A stretch of DNA of 64,000 nucleotides from Eledone cirrhosa (GCA_964016885.1 OZ024740.1:265670001-265734000), one strand, 5' to 3'. Positions 1-14,455 are shown, numbered from the stretch's first letter. The notes: a model not told the origin generated them from the sequence alone. Translations and numbers: made by a program.

Positions 1-766
1 TGTGTACGTGGTTGTGTGTGAAAATTAGTTTGTGTGAAAATTGTTTTGTTTTTTTTACTGATATGCATGAAGGAAATCATTTATCGACATGTGTCTTTTT
101 TACTGTTGTTTGGTTTACGCAATTTCTCAGAAAATACAAATGATATCCTAATACAGCTCCACATAATATGGCTGCTAATTGATTCTCTTCAAAAGCATTC
201 CTTGCAATAATTATCTCCTCTTTTTTAATGGGTAGAATGTGAAACCTTGATTCTAGTCTTTGTGAACTTATTTCTCTGTAATATTACGTATAAATTTGAT
301 TCTTAAATATACGCCCACTGGAACCTTGTCAACTCGATTGATATGCGGACAATGGAATTTGTACTGGATAAAAGCTTCAAGATGTATATCCTATGGTGAA
401 TAGAGATAATTTCGATGAAATTATTCCTGGCGTAGGAATTATGACAATCATTGTGGAAATAAAAGATGGATTGAAAGGCACTGATCTATATTCTTTTTGC
501 CTAAAGAGAAAACTCCAATTGCATAATTGTTAATTATGCAATAATTACGTGGTCTTCACACACAATGTATAGTGTTTACTTCTACTTATTTAATCACTTA
601 TATGTTGGGCTTAACAACATTCCGCTCACTGAAATTGATCTCAATATGAGATGAGTTTTATATTAAAGGAAATAGGCGAGATCCTACATCGAAAAATCAT
701 AGCAATTAGCGAACTTATTTGTCTCATTTGATGTTATACAAAATGAAAGAATGAAGCTATTTCAAT

Positions 767-906
767 CTAAGCAAGCTTCAATGACTTCTCATTGCCAATC
801 ATATATCCATTCATCAAAGTGAAACTGTCAGTAGGATACCAAGCAGTTTCCTTGCTTTGATTTTCAAAATGATTGCTGATTTGATAATCCCCGCGGGAAG
901 GAACTT
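767..906 (-). CDS. Candidate terminal coding exon of an unidentified host gene (EVPSRGDYQISNHFENQSKETAWYPTDSFTLMNGYMIGNEKSLKLA*)
   Basis: Minus-strand acceptor ttctttgtatgtgtatttaag|, then an open phase-1 frame of 46 codons ending in TAG, in non-repeat DNA. No homology recognised. Confidence 0.3.
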
Positions 907-1376
907 CTTAAATACACATACAAAGAATTAATCTATATCGTGTAATTTTCACTTCCAGACATTTAACTATAGCGTTGCTCATTTGAACAGAATTATTAGT
1001 TATTCAGCTAGATTATCTTGATGGTGCATTGTCATTAATATTCTATAGACCGCTGATAACAGAAAACACTTAATAATCTTTTCCATTTTGAACTTTCAAA
1101 GCAATTATCCATTATTATACACTACATATTAATCCGGGGCCGATTAATATCTAAAGTTAATTCTTTGTAGCTGTTATTGTTATTTTGAAACAAGAATGAA
1201 TCTTCAGTATAATTTATTAATCGTCATTAGCGAGGTACATACACTGAGAGGGCTAAAGAATGATATTGTAAATATATACACTTTAAAATTAATAATATTC
1301 TGAGTAAGATGATACAGAGTAAAATTATTATAGCAATTTCGAAAATAGGAAAGAAAATATTTTGAGTCTAAATAAT

Positions 1377-1415
<39 letters not shown>

Positions 1416-1416
<1 letters not shown>

Positions 1417-2881
1417 TAGCAGTTTAGCCCGGCGTTGCTCGGGTTTGTTCATTTACTATGGAAAGTTACATACAGATAAACGTGGTATGAAAGCGAATAA
1501 GCTTATCAATTAAGTGCATAAAGCAGTTGAACCGGTTATTAAAAGTTACGAACCAATTAGCATTTTGGACAATCAATGATGGGTTAATAATCTTCCAATA
1601 GCGAATTTAGCAGATCAAAGTTGCAAGATGGTGGCTCTGATGCCGCTGGGTGTCAGATCTGTCCGCCATGCGTGACCCTACCAGGAAATAGTTTTCCAGA
1701 CGGCATAGCTACAACACCTCCAACACCTGCACCAACATCTATAGCACCTCTTTGTAGACCATATTGCGTGTCATCCCTTGAGGAGTGTAAGCAAATGGTT
1801 CATTCCTGCTCCCTACGCGGGAACAGGCAACATAAAGTTGGCCATGGGAGAAGCATGGCTCCCCCAAATGGATGCCCGCCATCGACAATGTTTGCACTTG
1901 TGACTTGTTAATGGACATGGCAAAACATGGTCTCACCGGGAATTGGGATCGCCGGAAATCGAACGGGATATCTGACGCCGAGGGGAAAATGTTCATCCTT
2001 GGCAGCGTATTCGGCAGAATTGCCAGAAGTACAACACTATGGGTGTTGTCATATTAATATTTAAACAATTAAAGTCTTAAAAAATAAATAATTTAAACAT
2101 TCCGATTCATATGACTATAGCATTAATCTTTTATATGAAGTGTTATTTTGCGGGTTGTTATTTGCAATAAGCCGATTTAAAATGCCCCAGAAAAGCCGTA
2201 TGTCAATACGGAACTCCAATGACTCCCTCAGCAGTTAAATTATAGAGAGGAGGAATAATCTATTATTGAGAGAGCGAAGAGCGACGGAGAGAGTAAAGCT
2301 AAGAAAATATAGGGAGGTGTGTAAAACAGTGTTGTCATATAGAGAGTGAAGAGCGACAGAGAGAGTAAAGCAGTTAAATTATAGAGAGGGGGAATGATCT
2401 ATTATAGAAAGAGGGAAGAGCGACGGAGAGAATAAAGCTATGTTTGCTGTTGTATAAATTGATGTGTTGCTTAGTTTTCAAAGTTTATGTCGCGTTCCTG
2501 AACGAAGTTTTGTCGCTGTTGTAAACTGCAATGGGGATAGTGTACTAGAGGGAGGCATTAACCTTTTAAAGAGAGTTGCAGAGGAGATTAAGAGGGGAGT
2601 AGAGGGAGGGATGAACCTTTTAAAGAGAGGTGTAACATGTATGTTGTCTCATAGATTGTTGAGGGTAGTAGAGAGATGGATTAAGCGGGTAAGAGAGAGG
2701 GTTACAGCATGTATTTAGTTTTATCGATATTTTCATGGAAGCCGGAAATATTTGGCAAAGTTTATTACGCGTTGACCATCGTTGGTAGATTTGGAGCACA
2801 TTGGAAAATAAATCATCAAAATCGGTAGAGAAATGTGCAAATGCATAAAAATCATACACACACACAGACAGACATCTTCCG

Positions 2882-2890
<9 letters not shown>
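1416..2890 (-). mobile_element. Non-autonomous Helitron retaining a Pif1-helicase fragment, inserted in (TA)n
   Basis: 3' end on minus strand is the hairpin cccgagcaacgccggg followed by CTAG|T at 1416. The 5' end merges into (TA)n followed by tgtc/tg repeats. Internal RepHel helicase fragment present. Confidence 0.8.
1739..1996 (-). pseudogene. Helitron RepHel Pif1 helicase C-terminal fragment
   Basis: RRSQFPVRPCFAMSINKSQ..TL...GIHL.EPCFSHGQLYVACSRV..TRNMVYKEVL matches Pif1 motifs V/VI of Helitron helicases. Confidence 0.9.
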
Positions 2891-2925
<35 letters not shown>

Positions 2926-2929
<4 letters not shown>

Positions 2930-4180
2930 CGTTTCTGAATTTGTTTAGCAAGATTCTTTATCTGAAAACGTGTGTTGAAACCGATATTGTATGATTTGGG
3001 AGGGTCATGTTGCCAATAAGAAACACACGCACCAGTTGCTTTCACTCCAATTTATTATAAATTAAATTTATAAATTTCCGGTTGGTTGGTTGGTTCCATA
3101 ACCGGACGGTTGTTCATATATTGTCAAAGTTCTTGCGTGACCTCTTCAGTGACTGGGGATTCTTTTCTTTGTTTTTGTGCCTCTCCTTTGTTCTGTCCGA
3201 AGCCATCTTGTTTTTGTGTGTGTTGCGTGATTATTTTTCGCATGTGTTACATCCGGGTGTATGTGTGTGTTTATATTTGTTTATTTATTTGTTACTGGTT
3301 GGTTGTTTGTTTTATGTGTGTGTGTGTTTTCATGTTGTCCTTAATTGTAAGTTGTGATGTTGCTATTCCATTCATGTTTTCTATTTAATTTTGGTTGGAA
3401 TTCATTTATATTTATTGCCTCTGTGATTTGTCTAAACATTGCGTCTTTTCTGTGTGTAGATTCTATTTTTATTTCCATGTTCTCTAATTTGCCCTTATTT
3501 TCTATTTTAGCATGTTGGTAGAGTAATGATGATTCTTTTTTATCTTCAAGTTCTCACCAGTGTTCATTTAACCGTTCTCCTATACTACGAGCTGTCTCAC
3601 CTATGTACACTATATTCTTATCTTTACATTGTCTTTCAGTACATCTTATGTTATATACTACATTTCTAGATTTACTGTTAATATGGGAGCTCAGTTTACA
3701 GATAATGTATTTCTTATCTATACAGGGAGGTCTTTGAAAAGATAAGAAATGCATAATCTGTGAACTAAGCCCTCATATTAACTGTAAAACTAGAAATGTA
3801 GTATATAGCATAAGATGTACTGAAGGACAATGTAAATATAAGAATATAGTGTACATAGGTGAGACAGCTCGTAGTATAGGAGAACGGTTAAATGAACACT
3901 GGCGAGAACTTCAAGATAAAAAAGAATCATCAATACTCCACCAACATGCTAAAATAGAACATAAGGGCAAATTAGAGAACATAGAAATAAAAATATAATC
4001 TACACACAGAAGGACGCAATGTTTAGACAAATCACAGAGGCAATAAACATAAATGAACTCCAACCAAAATTAAATAGAAAACATGAATGGAATAGCAACA
4101 TCACAACTTACAATTACGGACAAAATGAAAACACACACACACAGAGAACAAACAACCAACCAGTAACTTCTATATTTTAT
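2926..4180. mobile_element. PLE remnant (Nematis-like GIY-YIG) folded back as an inverted repeat, with a pLTR on the minus strand
   Basis: Arms ~3291-3719 and ~3740-4167 encode NVVYSIRC..C...YIGETARSIGERLNEH..S.LHQH....H..RQITEAINI...LNRKHEW. Degenerate HHR (ctgaaga ggtca..tgac) on minus near 3115-3155. Flanked by (TA)n. Confidence 0.8.
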
Positions 4181-4842
4181 ATATATATATATATGTGCAA
4201 ATAGAAACGTATGCATGTACACACACTTACGCACATATATATTTGATTGTGTGTAGGGAGTGCCTGTGTGTTTTTTTAATACGTGCGATGATGTATCAAA
4301 ATAAAACAATATATTTCAAGCTGTTCTATACACGTAAGTTTATTAAACTTAATTAAATGCACTGGACAGTCTTTAAAGACCGCCTTTTTGTCCAACACAA
4401 AAAGGGAAACAGCTGGATTACTTTCAATCTTCGTTAAGATTTATCAATAAGTAAATGCTCCAACTTTAGCTGTCCACGTGATATTGCATATATAGTCACT
4501 GGTGTAAAGGACTTTATTAAATCGGATATACTGATTTGCATAAATGACATATTCTTGGCAACTAGTTAAAGTAATATGGTACTAACGCATTAGCAATATT
4601 AGTACTTGTTACTACAAAAAATATTTATTGATTTAGCTCGACAATCCGTGAACAAAGTAATTTACTGAAGAGTTTTCTATGACTATCTTTGTTTTACATA
4701 ATCGTAACGTGAAGACAATAAGAGATATCAACTGGCCTAGAATGTCTAACAATCCACGGTGGTGTTATACTTATGATTACTATTGTAAATCACTTATTAT
4801 ATAGGGTATACCAATTTGCATAAATTACGCTTTGGTTTGCAG

Positions 4843-5036
4843 TTAATCCAATTAGCTAGCTTGTCAATTAGTTCGGTAATAAATGCAGAATCAATGTGGA
4901 GAATTAAAGAAGAGTACTCAGTTAATGAGGAAATCCTCACAAAGATTGCAACATGTCAAACCTCTGCTACTTTTTTTTTCTCGGTGAAATTGTATAAAAT
5001 AGGCAGTCCTTTAGAATGTCCAGTGTATTGCAAAAT
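4843..5036 (+). CDS. Candidate internal exon of an unidentified host gene
   Basis: Acceptor tttggtttgcag| and donor |gtaagt. Frame open (LIQLASLS...ECPVYCK), ends in phase 2, compatible with the exon at 14335. Confidence 0.4.
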
Positions 5037-5429
5037 GTAAGTAAGATTTACTACTCACACCTATGCATCTTTAGCAGGCCACCTCCGTGGTTACATCTTA
5101 TCTGAGGCTTTTGTGGTGTTTTAATGTTAGGCATTAAACCTAAAAGACGAGCAACCTAAAGTGACGCATATTGCTTAGGAACACAACGCATCTCCCGGTC
5201 CAGGAGTGTAAAATCTGACCCTCAAGGTCAAGCGTGTTCAGCGTCCAGTGCATTGAACTACGTTTAAATAATTTAAACGTACAAGGTTGAATGAAATCTA
5301 CAGAATTATTAAGTAGAACATTGTAGTATCAAAAATGAGAATCGTGAAACAAACTTGCTGCTAAGAATGCATGATCTATGCAAATGAGTGTATCCGATTT
5401 ACTAAATCCTTTAATGACCGGTATTAAAT

Positions 5430-5530
5430 AATTGTTTCTACTTTAGGCACAAGGCCAGCAATTACACAGTACATTACTGGTACTTTATTTTATCGACCCC
5501 GTAAGGATGAAAGGCAAAGTTAACCTCGGT
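5430..5530 (-). mobile_element. tRNA-derived SINE, 3' half (family A)
   Basis: Matches full copies at 6960-7140 and 47944-48132 (gcctttcatccttacggggtcgataaaataaagtaccagt core). Confidence 0.8.
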
Positions 5531-6174
5531 ATTATATAATGCCCTATAAACGCCATATGTCAAGACGGCGTTCCTACGACTCACTCAGGAGTTACGGATC
5601 TATGCCATGCAAAGTAAAATCCGTATTTAATTTTATTTTTTAACGCTTAAAGATGTTATCTAAAATAAGCATAATTCTCATAAAGCTTCCTATATACATA
5701 GAAGTTCGGATTTTGTGATCGCCATAACAATGTTGAGAGCAGTTATTACTCAATTAACTAACGGGGTCGATAACATAAAGTATCAGTAATGTACTGGGTA
5801 ATTGCTTCTCTTCTGCCAAAAGTAGAAACAATTATTCATTTAACTAAAGAGGTGCATACTAAGCATCGTTTAGTATGCACCTTACCTTAGTATGCACCTT
5901 ATTGAAAGACTTTAAATTTGTTCTACTAAAGACACACCACTACAACATGGCGCCTAACTTCTATTCTATGCAATTATTTCTTATAATATCTCAATACTTC
6001 TGAGAATTAACGTTTTATTGCCGTACTCCTTAGATATATTTATGTTTCTATCAGTATATCACCACGAAGTTATATTTGTACAAAAATGAGATTTTATGGT
6101 ATTAGTAACATATACGTGTAGATATAACAGGGGCATAGATATAGGTGTAGATATAACAGAAATATAGATATAAC

Positions 6175-6340
6175 AGAGGCATAGAATTGTGATTAAGAAG
6201 TTCGCTTTGCTATTACGTGGTCTCGGCTGCAATCCTACAGCGGAGCCCAGCGGGAAAATACCTTAAGTCATAAACTTGCAGCGACCATAAACATATAACA
6301 ATGATTTGGCAGATGGAAACTATGTAGAAAGCCGTCGAAG
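6175..6340 (+). mobile_element. Decayed tRNA-derived SINE (family B)
   Basis: gtgattaagaagttcgct head and ttggcagatggaaactatgtagaaagccgtcg tail. Similar to 6600-6725 and 19415-19590. Confidence 0.5.
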
Positions 6341-6599
6341 GGGATATTTCAGTTCTTAATTGGTAAATTTAATTTGTCAGAGATTGAATACCACTATCTT
6401 GTCCTTAAGTATCTTTAACGGGACCTAGTATTTTATTAGCATCTCGATCAAGGCACCGATGTGATAATATGTTCCATCCAATTGTGTTAGATACCATAAA
6501 AACGTGTTATGATAGCCGTCTTCTCAATTTTAAGCTATATATTTTCTTCAATGAAACATATAGCAGGTGAAAAATTAGGCTATCCAATATATAAAAACG

Positions 6600-6719
6600 G
6601 GTGAACGTATGGATGCGTGGTTAAAGAGTTCGTTTGAACCCGCTTGGTTTCGGGAACGGTCCCATTGTGCAGAAGCCTGGGCAAGTGTCTTCTACTATGG
6701 TGGTGGATGGGAAAAGGCC

Positions 6720-6725
<6 letters not shown>
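6600..6725 (+). mobile_element. Decayed tRNA-derived SINE (family B) ending in (TA)n
   Basis: gcgtggttaaagagttcg...ctgggcaagtgtcttctactat, a CORE-like segment. Confidence 0.55.
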
Positions 6726-6798
<73 letters not shown>

Positions 6799-6959
6799 CA
6801 CCTAATATGAATGTGTACAATTGCCTTCAGTGTTTTGTTTGTTCATTTTCAACTATATATATATATATATATATATTTAGGATATATTACTGGCTTGCAT
6901 GTTACGCAACTTGGAGTGTAGCCTTCGAATTCCCAGAAACTAATCGAAGATATTTATAT

Positions 6960-7140
6960 AATTGTTTCTACTTTTAGGCACAAGGCCAGCATTTAACTAC
7001 TGGTACTTTATTTTATCGACCCCGTAAGGATGATAGGCAAAGTTAACCTCGGCAGGATTTGAACTCAAACTCTAAAGGGACGTAACTTTGCTAGAAAGCA
7101 TGGCGTCCAACCCTCTACCGATACTGCCAATTCACCGCCC
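6960..7140 (-). mobile_element. tRNA-derived SINE family A, full length
   Basis: Minus strand reads gggcggtgaattggcagtatcggtag (box A), gttcaaatcc (box B), a Deu/Nin-like core, then a ggccttgtgcc..gaaacaatta tail. Confidence 0.85.
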
Positions 7141-7391
7141 GAAGATATTTATATATCTATCAATCAGGTCCAGATTCGTCTTTAACCTGTCTGTATTTCC
7201 GTTGTTGTAGTGGTAAGGTGGCAACATGTCTCCGGTCGCAATATTCACTGTGTCACACCCCTAACGTATTTTAATTACTAGCTATAATTTATCGATTTAT
7301 CGATAGCACCTCATTGAGTGCTTCGTGTCAGCCTCAGAAGATTGATTTCGAAACTGTTAATCACTGCTGCAACTTCGATTTGAGTCACTAT

Positions 7392-7496
<105 letters not shown>

Positions 7497-7544
7497 CTTA
7501 ATCGAATTAATCGACTCAATCGAAATTCCACACACCCCCAACCC

Positions 7545-10500
7545 CCAAATTATTGGCCTTGTGCCTAGAAGCTTGTGTCAGCTGGTGATGGTAGTTCAGT
7601 GTCTGCTGTGCTGTACAACAGGCTCACACGGGTGTGGCAGTCCTGTATACAATGACTGCATTTGTAGATACTCTCCTCGGGTGCTACTGTGTTGTTCCTT
7701 TTTCGAGCACGCTTTTCCTTGGAGGCACGTTTCAGTTTCTCCTCCCCTCACTCGATCTCCTTGCACACTACTTGTCTCCATCGTGGGCGATCATTAGTGA
7801 TCTCCTCCCATCTCTGGGTGTCAAGGTCTATTGACTTCATTTCCCTCCTGTAGACGTCTCTGAAACGAAGATGAGGTCGTCCTCATGCTCTAGTGTCGGT
7901 GGCTAGTTCCCCATACAGAAGCTGTTTTGGGATCGTTCCGACCAGCATATGATTTACGTGACCGAGCCAGCATAGACGACGCTGTTTGAGCAGGGTGCAT
8001 AACCTGCGTATCTTGGCGCTTTTGGGGACTTCAGTATTGGTGACCCGGTCAGTCCATTTGTTATCCAAAATACATTTCAGGCAACGAAGGTGGAGACATA
8101 ATGACGCCGCTCCTGTCTGGAGTAGAGGCTCCATGTCCCGCTGTTGTAATTTAGTGTGCCGAGGACACATGCCTTGTAGACAACAATCTTGGTGTTTGCA
8201 GTTAGTTTTCTGTTCTCCCAGGCTCGCTTTGTTGGCCTGGCAAATATTGAGATTGCTCGCCCAACTCTCCTGCTGATCGCGGGGTCCAAGGAGAGATTGT
8301 CATCAGTGATGGTGGAGACAAAGTAGATGAATTCATGGACCACTTCCTACTCATAGTTGTTGATGGTGATGGTGAGGGTAGATTGATACTTTTGCCTCGT
8401 ACATTGGTTTTCTTTAGACTGAATTCCTAGCAAAACCTCGGGAGTTTGTCAATGAGGTGCTGCATTTTTTCCTCAGAGTGCACTGCCAATGCTGCATTAT
8501 CCACAAACAGCATTTCTTTCTTGAGTACCTGGTGAATCTTGGATTTCGCTTTCAGCCTTGACAGACTAAACAGCTTCCCGTCTGATTTGGTGCGGAAGTA
8601 GACACCTTCAGTTGACTTTCCAAAAGCATGTTTTAGCATGACTGCGAAAAAGATGCCAAATAGAGTGGGGGCTAGCACAGCCTTGCTTCACACCGCTGCT
8701 TATGTCAAATGCCTCCGAAGAAGAGCCATCACATTGCGTATCTGCATGAAACGACTGGACTATCCAATGAAGTCTTGGAGGTCAACCAATCCTGACAAGG
8801 AATTTGAACAGGTCGTCTCTACAAACTACATCGAATGCCTTCGTGAGGTCGATGAAGGTGATGTGGAGTAGTTGCCTTTACTCTCGGCATCTCTCCTGTA
8901 GCGGTCAAAGGAAGATCATTTCGATGGCGGAGCGTTCTAAACTGAAACCACACTGAGATTCAGGATGTACCCTCTCAGCAATGTTCTTTAGTCTGTTCAA
9001 GACCACGCGAGCAAAGACCTTGCCAATAATACTTAGCAGCGAGATGCTTCGATAGCTATTGCAGTAGTTCCTGTCCCCTTTGTTCTTATAGAAGGTCTCA
9101 GTGTTACAGTCTCTCGTGTCTTGAGGGACAGTTCCCTCTTCCAAGCATTGACACACTAGTTTCAAAAGGTGGCTAAGTAGCACTCACTTTGCACACCTGA
9201 TGACCTCTGAGGGGTAGCCGTCAGATCCCGGTGCCTTCCCAGCAGGTAAGTAAGCTATCAATGGCTCTACACAGTTCTTCAGCAGTCGGCAATGTATCTA
9301 GCTCCTCCAGGACGGACAGATGTTCCACGGTGTCTAGTGCGTTGACTGAGATACTGTTTTCCTTGCCGTAGTGTTCAGAGTAATGTTCTACCCATCTCTC
9401 CAACTGCTGACTTTTACCTTTGCTGACCTCACCTGTACAGGATTTGAGTGGAGCTGTCTTGCTCTGGGCTAAGTCGGTGGCTTTCTTAATGCCCACATAC
9501 ATTCCCCAAATGTTACCTGTGTCAAATTAGAGCTGGATGCCTTCGCACAACTGTAACCAGTAGTCATTTGCACAACGTCTTACAATATTTTGTCTTGTAC
9601 CTATCTGAACTCAATGCTCGTAGCGTTGGCCCGGTGCTGGTCTCTTCCATGTCGCATTGAGCTCATCCGCACTCACCTCAAAACAATGTCGTTCTTCGCT
9701 TCTTTCCGAAGGTCTTCAATGGCGTGTCATGGATGGTGCCTCGAATGGAGTACCATATTTGCTGATTTGAGATTATAATGTCAGAACTTTGTGCTGAGCT
9801 TTCGCCTGGAAGTAGGTGTTGGTAACACATAGTCCATGCAACAAACAGAGCTCAAGCAGTCGTTGCACATTGTCATTCATGTTACCGACCCCGTGTCGCC
9901 CAAAGCACCCTGTCCAGGACTCGTGGTCGGCTTAAACTCTGCTACTGAAGTCGTCAAGTAGCACCAGCTGTTCTCCATTTAGGATGATCTGTATTTGTAT
10001 GGGAGCTGAAAAACCTATTCTTGTCGTCTTGTGTTGTGTGGGCATAAGCACTGGCAAGATTGACAGGCCCATCCGAAGTGTGCAATCAGAGTGAGAGCAT
10101 CTGCTTCATGCCGTCGCTGCCGAGTTCCACCATATACAACAGTGAGCTTTTCACGGCAAAACCAGCACCAAACTCTCTGGCTTCCTCTATTCCTTTCCCC
10201 TGGAGGCCGCGTCTCCTAGAGCGCTGCAATATCCTCTCGAAGTCGTAGCAATTCGTTGTTGATAACTGTTGTTTTGTAGGTGTCGCGGGTCTTTTAAAGA
10301 TCATCTGCCATCATGGTACGTATGTTTCAACATCAAAGTCTGAATGCCGGTTTCTTACATTGTTTCTTTGTTTGCTTATTCATTGATTTTCTTGGTGCAG
10401 TGTTTACAGCCTACGATTCAGTATAGTTAATATCCCTAAGCAACACGCACCCAGTGCAGCACCTATCTGGCTTGGGGCTTCCCAACATGATGCGGGTGGT

Positions 10501-10905
10501 AGCTGTCCAGTGAGGCGTTATGGTCTCTCTTTCCGTCGAAAGCAGCCCCTAGCGTTTGCCCATACGGCAATCAGATGCAAACTTATAACCGTTAGACTGC
10601 TGCCTTCCCTGGTTTGTCGCCGCCTTGAGGTGGAATGAACTCTCCATGGTGCAGGGTTTTATGGGAGATCAGCAGTTGCCCATGCTGCATGACTCCCTTC
10701 TCCGTGCTACCGATGTTGTCCAAGGAACGGGGAGAGGTCAGTGCCACTTCGCAGTGATGGGGCCGTAGGAGTTGCCAAAATGAGGTTGGATATGACACTG
10801 AATTGCCTCAAGGACTCCGGCTCCGGATTTATCCTCGGGGTTTACTCACAAATCCTTCCAACAAGTGGGTATAATAGCAAGGCAGCGGAGGTTTAAGTTC
10901 AGAGT
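7545..10905 (-). mobile_element. RTE-clade LINE, near full length, decayed (APE + RT + C-terminal Zn knuckle)
   Basis: Fragments FGAGFAVK, QLERWVEHYSE, KNKGDR..CNSYRSISLLSIIGKVFAR..PESQCGF, LAPTLFGIFF..DGKLFSLSRLKAK..MLFVDNAAL and RRLCWLGHV..IPKQLLYGEL, in order on minus. Many stops and frameshifts. Confidence 0.92.
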
Positions 10906-11599
10906 ATACATACACACATATACAGCTATATATATAGAGAGAGAAAGAGAGAGACTTACTTAGTCCAAGGAGACTGCAAGTCATGGAAGTACATAGGAGA
11001 TGCTGAGTGAGTATAGTGATAGGTATAATCCCAACAGCGACGCCAAGCGGTTTCGGCTTGAGTGTTCAGTAAGCATTTCCAAGGGTGTACATATATACAT
11101 ACATACATACATACATAGGGACATACATACATAGGTACATACATACATACATATATTTATACATACATACATACACTACATGCATACATACACAGGCCAC
11201 AAAGTTCAGAGGTGAGAAAACAAAATACGATGCCTTAACATTTTGATGTCACAATTATCACATTGCTAGTGTATCCCAAACAGCTGAAACCACGCAATTG
11301 AAATAAAAGCAGGAAGCCTGAACCAGCATAGACACATAACTTAAAAAATAAAATTTTGTTTTTGTAAAGAATTATCTCATAGACTGCTGTACTTCTGAAA
11401 TGTAACACAGAACAATTTCACACGATATCAGGAATACCTAAAAAAAAATAGAGTGGCGATTTGTGGATACATGATATAAAACCCTAAACTCCAAACAACA
11501 TTAGCTGTAACAACAACTCACAGTTACAACTGGAAAACTAAAATATTAATCTAAAGTGTATAAATCGTAAATGTTAAATAGATTATTTGCCAGAAATCC

Positions 11600-12960
11600 C
11601 AGGTCAGTCTATCATAGCTTCAATATGAAAGGCTTAATCTCTATAAAAGACACCAGACAAAAGATCAAGTGTAAAGCTACTGGAAATATGTAAGAAGGAA
11701 AATGTGATGAATTCAAAAAACAGTATGAGTAAAAGAACTGGGGTAGGACTATTGCCAGAATATCCAGGAAAAGCAATGAAATAGACCACGCAATTCTGGA
11801 AACAGCTCTACAAAATATGTCAAACAGGAAACCCCCAGGCCCTGGTCTCATAACAAGTTACTGGTCGAAAATGTTCAAGTTTTATCGGCGCAATCTGATA
11901 CGATTGTATGGAAAACATATCAGGGGCACACAAGAACAGCCTAATGGTTATCTAATGTCACTAATCTCCTCATCCCTCAAGATATCCAAACCACCCTCGC
12001 TAAACAATAACTTTCAATAACTTGCCAGAAAATCATGTACAGATGATACAATTTGTTCCTGCAGAGTTCTTGTGCCACCAAAAACATTATAACATATGAA
12101 CAAGCTAGGGGAAAGACGGGTGCATGGCGGCTGTGTAGAGCAGCTACTAATTAACAAAATGATCCAAAATGAACTAGTAAATAATCTCAGGAACTTGACT
12201 GTAGTGTGGTGGGAATACCAGAATGGTTTTGATAGTATACCATATGGGTGGATTATCAAGGCTTTACAGTTAGCCAAAGTCCCACCACTACTAATACCTG
12301 TTATCGAACGCCAGACCAAGACATGGTATATCACCTTGCTCCTTAGGGATGATAAAGAGTAAATTGAATCTTAAAGCATTCACTGCCAACAAGGCAACTT
12401 TCAGAGTGATAGCTTGTCAATGCTGCTCTTCACCCTTTCATTAAACACGCTATTATGCGGGCTCACCAAACATAGTAACCATAGAAATGGATCCAGAAAT
12501 CTCTCTCAGGTTTTCTTTGTCGATGACCTGAAATTGTATATCACCCACATAAAAAAAATCACAATTGGACCTTATTATTCAATCGTCTACAAACATTAGA
12601 ATGAAATATTGTGAGTCCATATATGCATTCTTGACAATACAACGTGGAAACGTTTTGCCCTTGACTGGAAATCTAAAAATAAACGGCTTGCCGATACAAC
12701 CTCTACAGTGGGTATCCTTCGCAGGATGAAAATATCAGATAAGTTGGACCCATAAATAAAGAGAACCAGGAATAAATACCCCAGGAAAGTAAATAGAATG
12801 TAATTATCAAAATTCTCAATGTAAAATAAACACATTGCCCATAGTACATTTGCTTTTTCCATCTTAACCCTAAACTTTAGCCTGTTAAATTGGTCATTGC
12901 AGAAACTAAGCGAGATTGATGTAAAGATTTGCAACCTGTTACTGGTGTCAAAACTATCCT
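11600..12960 (+). mobile_element. Highly decayed R4/Dong-like non-LTR RT fragment
   Basis: RKPPGPGLI.SYW, GCVEQLLINKMI..RNLTVVWWEYQNGFDSIPYGW, FQSDSLSMLLF and FFVDDLKLY motifs in order. Confidence 0.75.
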
Positions 12961-14334
12961 CAGACTGTATGTGATCTGGTCATTGGTACAGATCGAATAT
13001 TTTGTCACCAGGAAATAAATTATATATATAACGTCAAGTTAACGGTTTTTTTAAGTTTTAGATGGCTAAATTGACTCTTTCTCGTAGTAATTGTCTTAGT
13101 TTCAATAGACGGTCTATAATTAAGACACTTGAAAGGCATGAACAACTCCGAAATTTATGTAATTATATTACGGAAATAAGTGATTAAAATTCCATTCTTA
13201 TCTTTAATCACATCCACATATCAATATTCAACGTAAACTATGAGCTCTCTCATATGAAACCCATTAATTTATCAAAACGCAAATTTCCCAGCTTGTACGA
13301 TTTTTCATATATCCGGTAGTCTTAGTATATATGGTTACAAACTGTTGACTCAAAGATGTTTAATACTTTCATCGCTATAGCCTTCATTATTAATGGCACA
13401 GTTCCATATATTATAATTTGTCAGAATTTCTATTTCTGTTTATTGATTCTTTCCATTCATAGCGTTTCCTTATTTTCTCACTGGCACACCTATTTACATG
13501 TTAACTAAACTCGCTTTAACAGATAATTAATAATTCATTTCCTTTTTATGTTTAATAAATCAATCAGTTTCCTCCATTATTTTTTAAAGAATCATGGTTA
13601 CTAACAGAAAAAATAAATCTCTCATACATTTTACATTGGTATCATATCCGTATTGTTTTGTTATCATTCACTGACATTTTTATTATAAAATACTTCGTGG
13701 TCAATTTCTCTTTCTTAATTTACACATCTCTCTCGCTATTTGTATATCTATTTCTTTCTCGCTTCATCTCCCTTTTCATTTCCTCTACTATGAATGTTTT
13801 TAGTTGCTTTACAAATGATATTACTTTAGTATATTTCCAGTCAACCCACTCTTCTATGATTTCTTTAATTCATGTAACCCCACCTTTATTGTACCTACTG
13901 CGTAAATATAATTTCTAAGGAAGAAAAACATTCTATTTCGTTCAATTTATCCATCATTCATATTTGCCAATAATTGATGGAAACTATACAAAAAAAGCTT
14001 TATTTTTTATTTTATTAATTATTTGTATATTTATGCTTAAGGCTAGTAATTTTCAGAACCTTGTGTGATTATGTTTTTTTCCCCTCTGCGCATTCTAAAT
14101 CTGTTTACGCATAAATATTTTTGAAGTTTATATGTCTCGTCATTTCAAGAATGAAATATTGAATATAGAAAATAATTGTGCTGTGAAGAAAGATTAGCTT
14201 CGAAATCGCTGAAAGTAAGAAAAAAAAAGAAACTAATAATATAAACAATGTAAAGTTCAAGTAAACAAATTTTATACTGCTATTTTTTTATTTATTTGTC
14301 CATTATCATTTTATTTATTTTTTATTTTTTTTAG

Positions 14335-14455
14335 ACTTCAAGACTATTTCTACCGCAACAAAAATATTGACGATAGTTGTAAGATGATAGTGAATTCTGC
14401 AGTAAGAATAATCAAGAAGGAAGGGAGAGGCTTAGGAAGATATCAATGGGATGAG
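14335..14455 (+). CDS. Candidate internal exon (LQDYFYRNKNIDDSCKMIVNSAVRIIKKEGRGLGRYQWDE)
   Basis: Long T-rich tract + ttag| acceptor and gag|gtatat donor. Only one frame is open; phase 2 in, phase 0 out. Confidence 0.55.
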
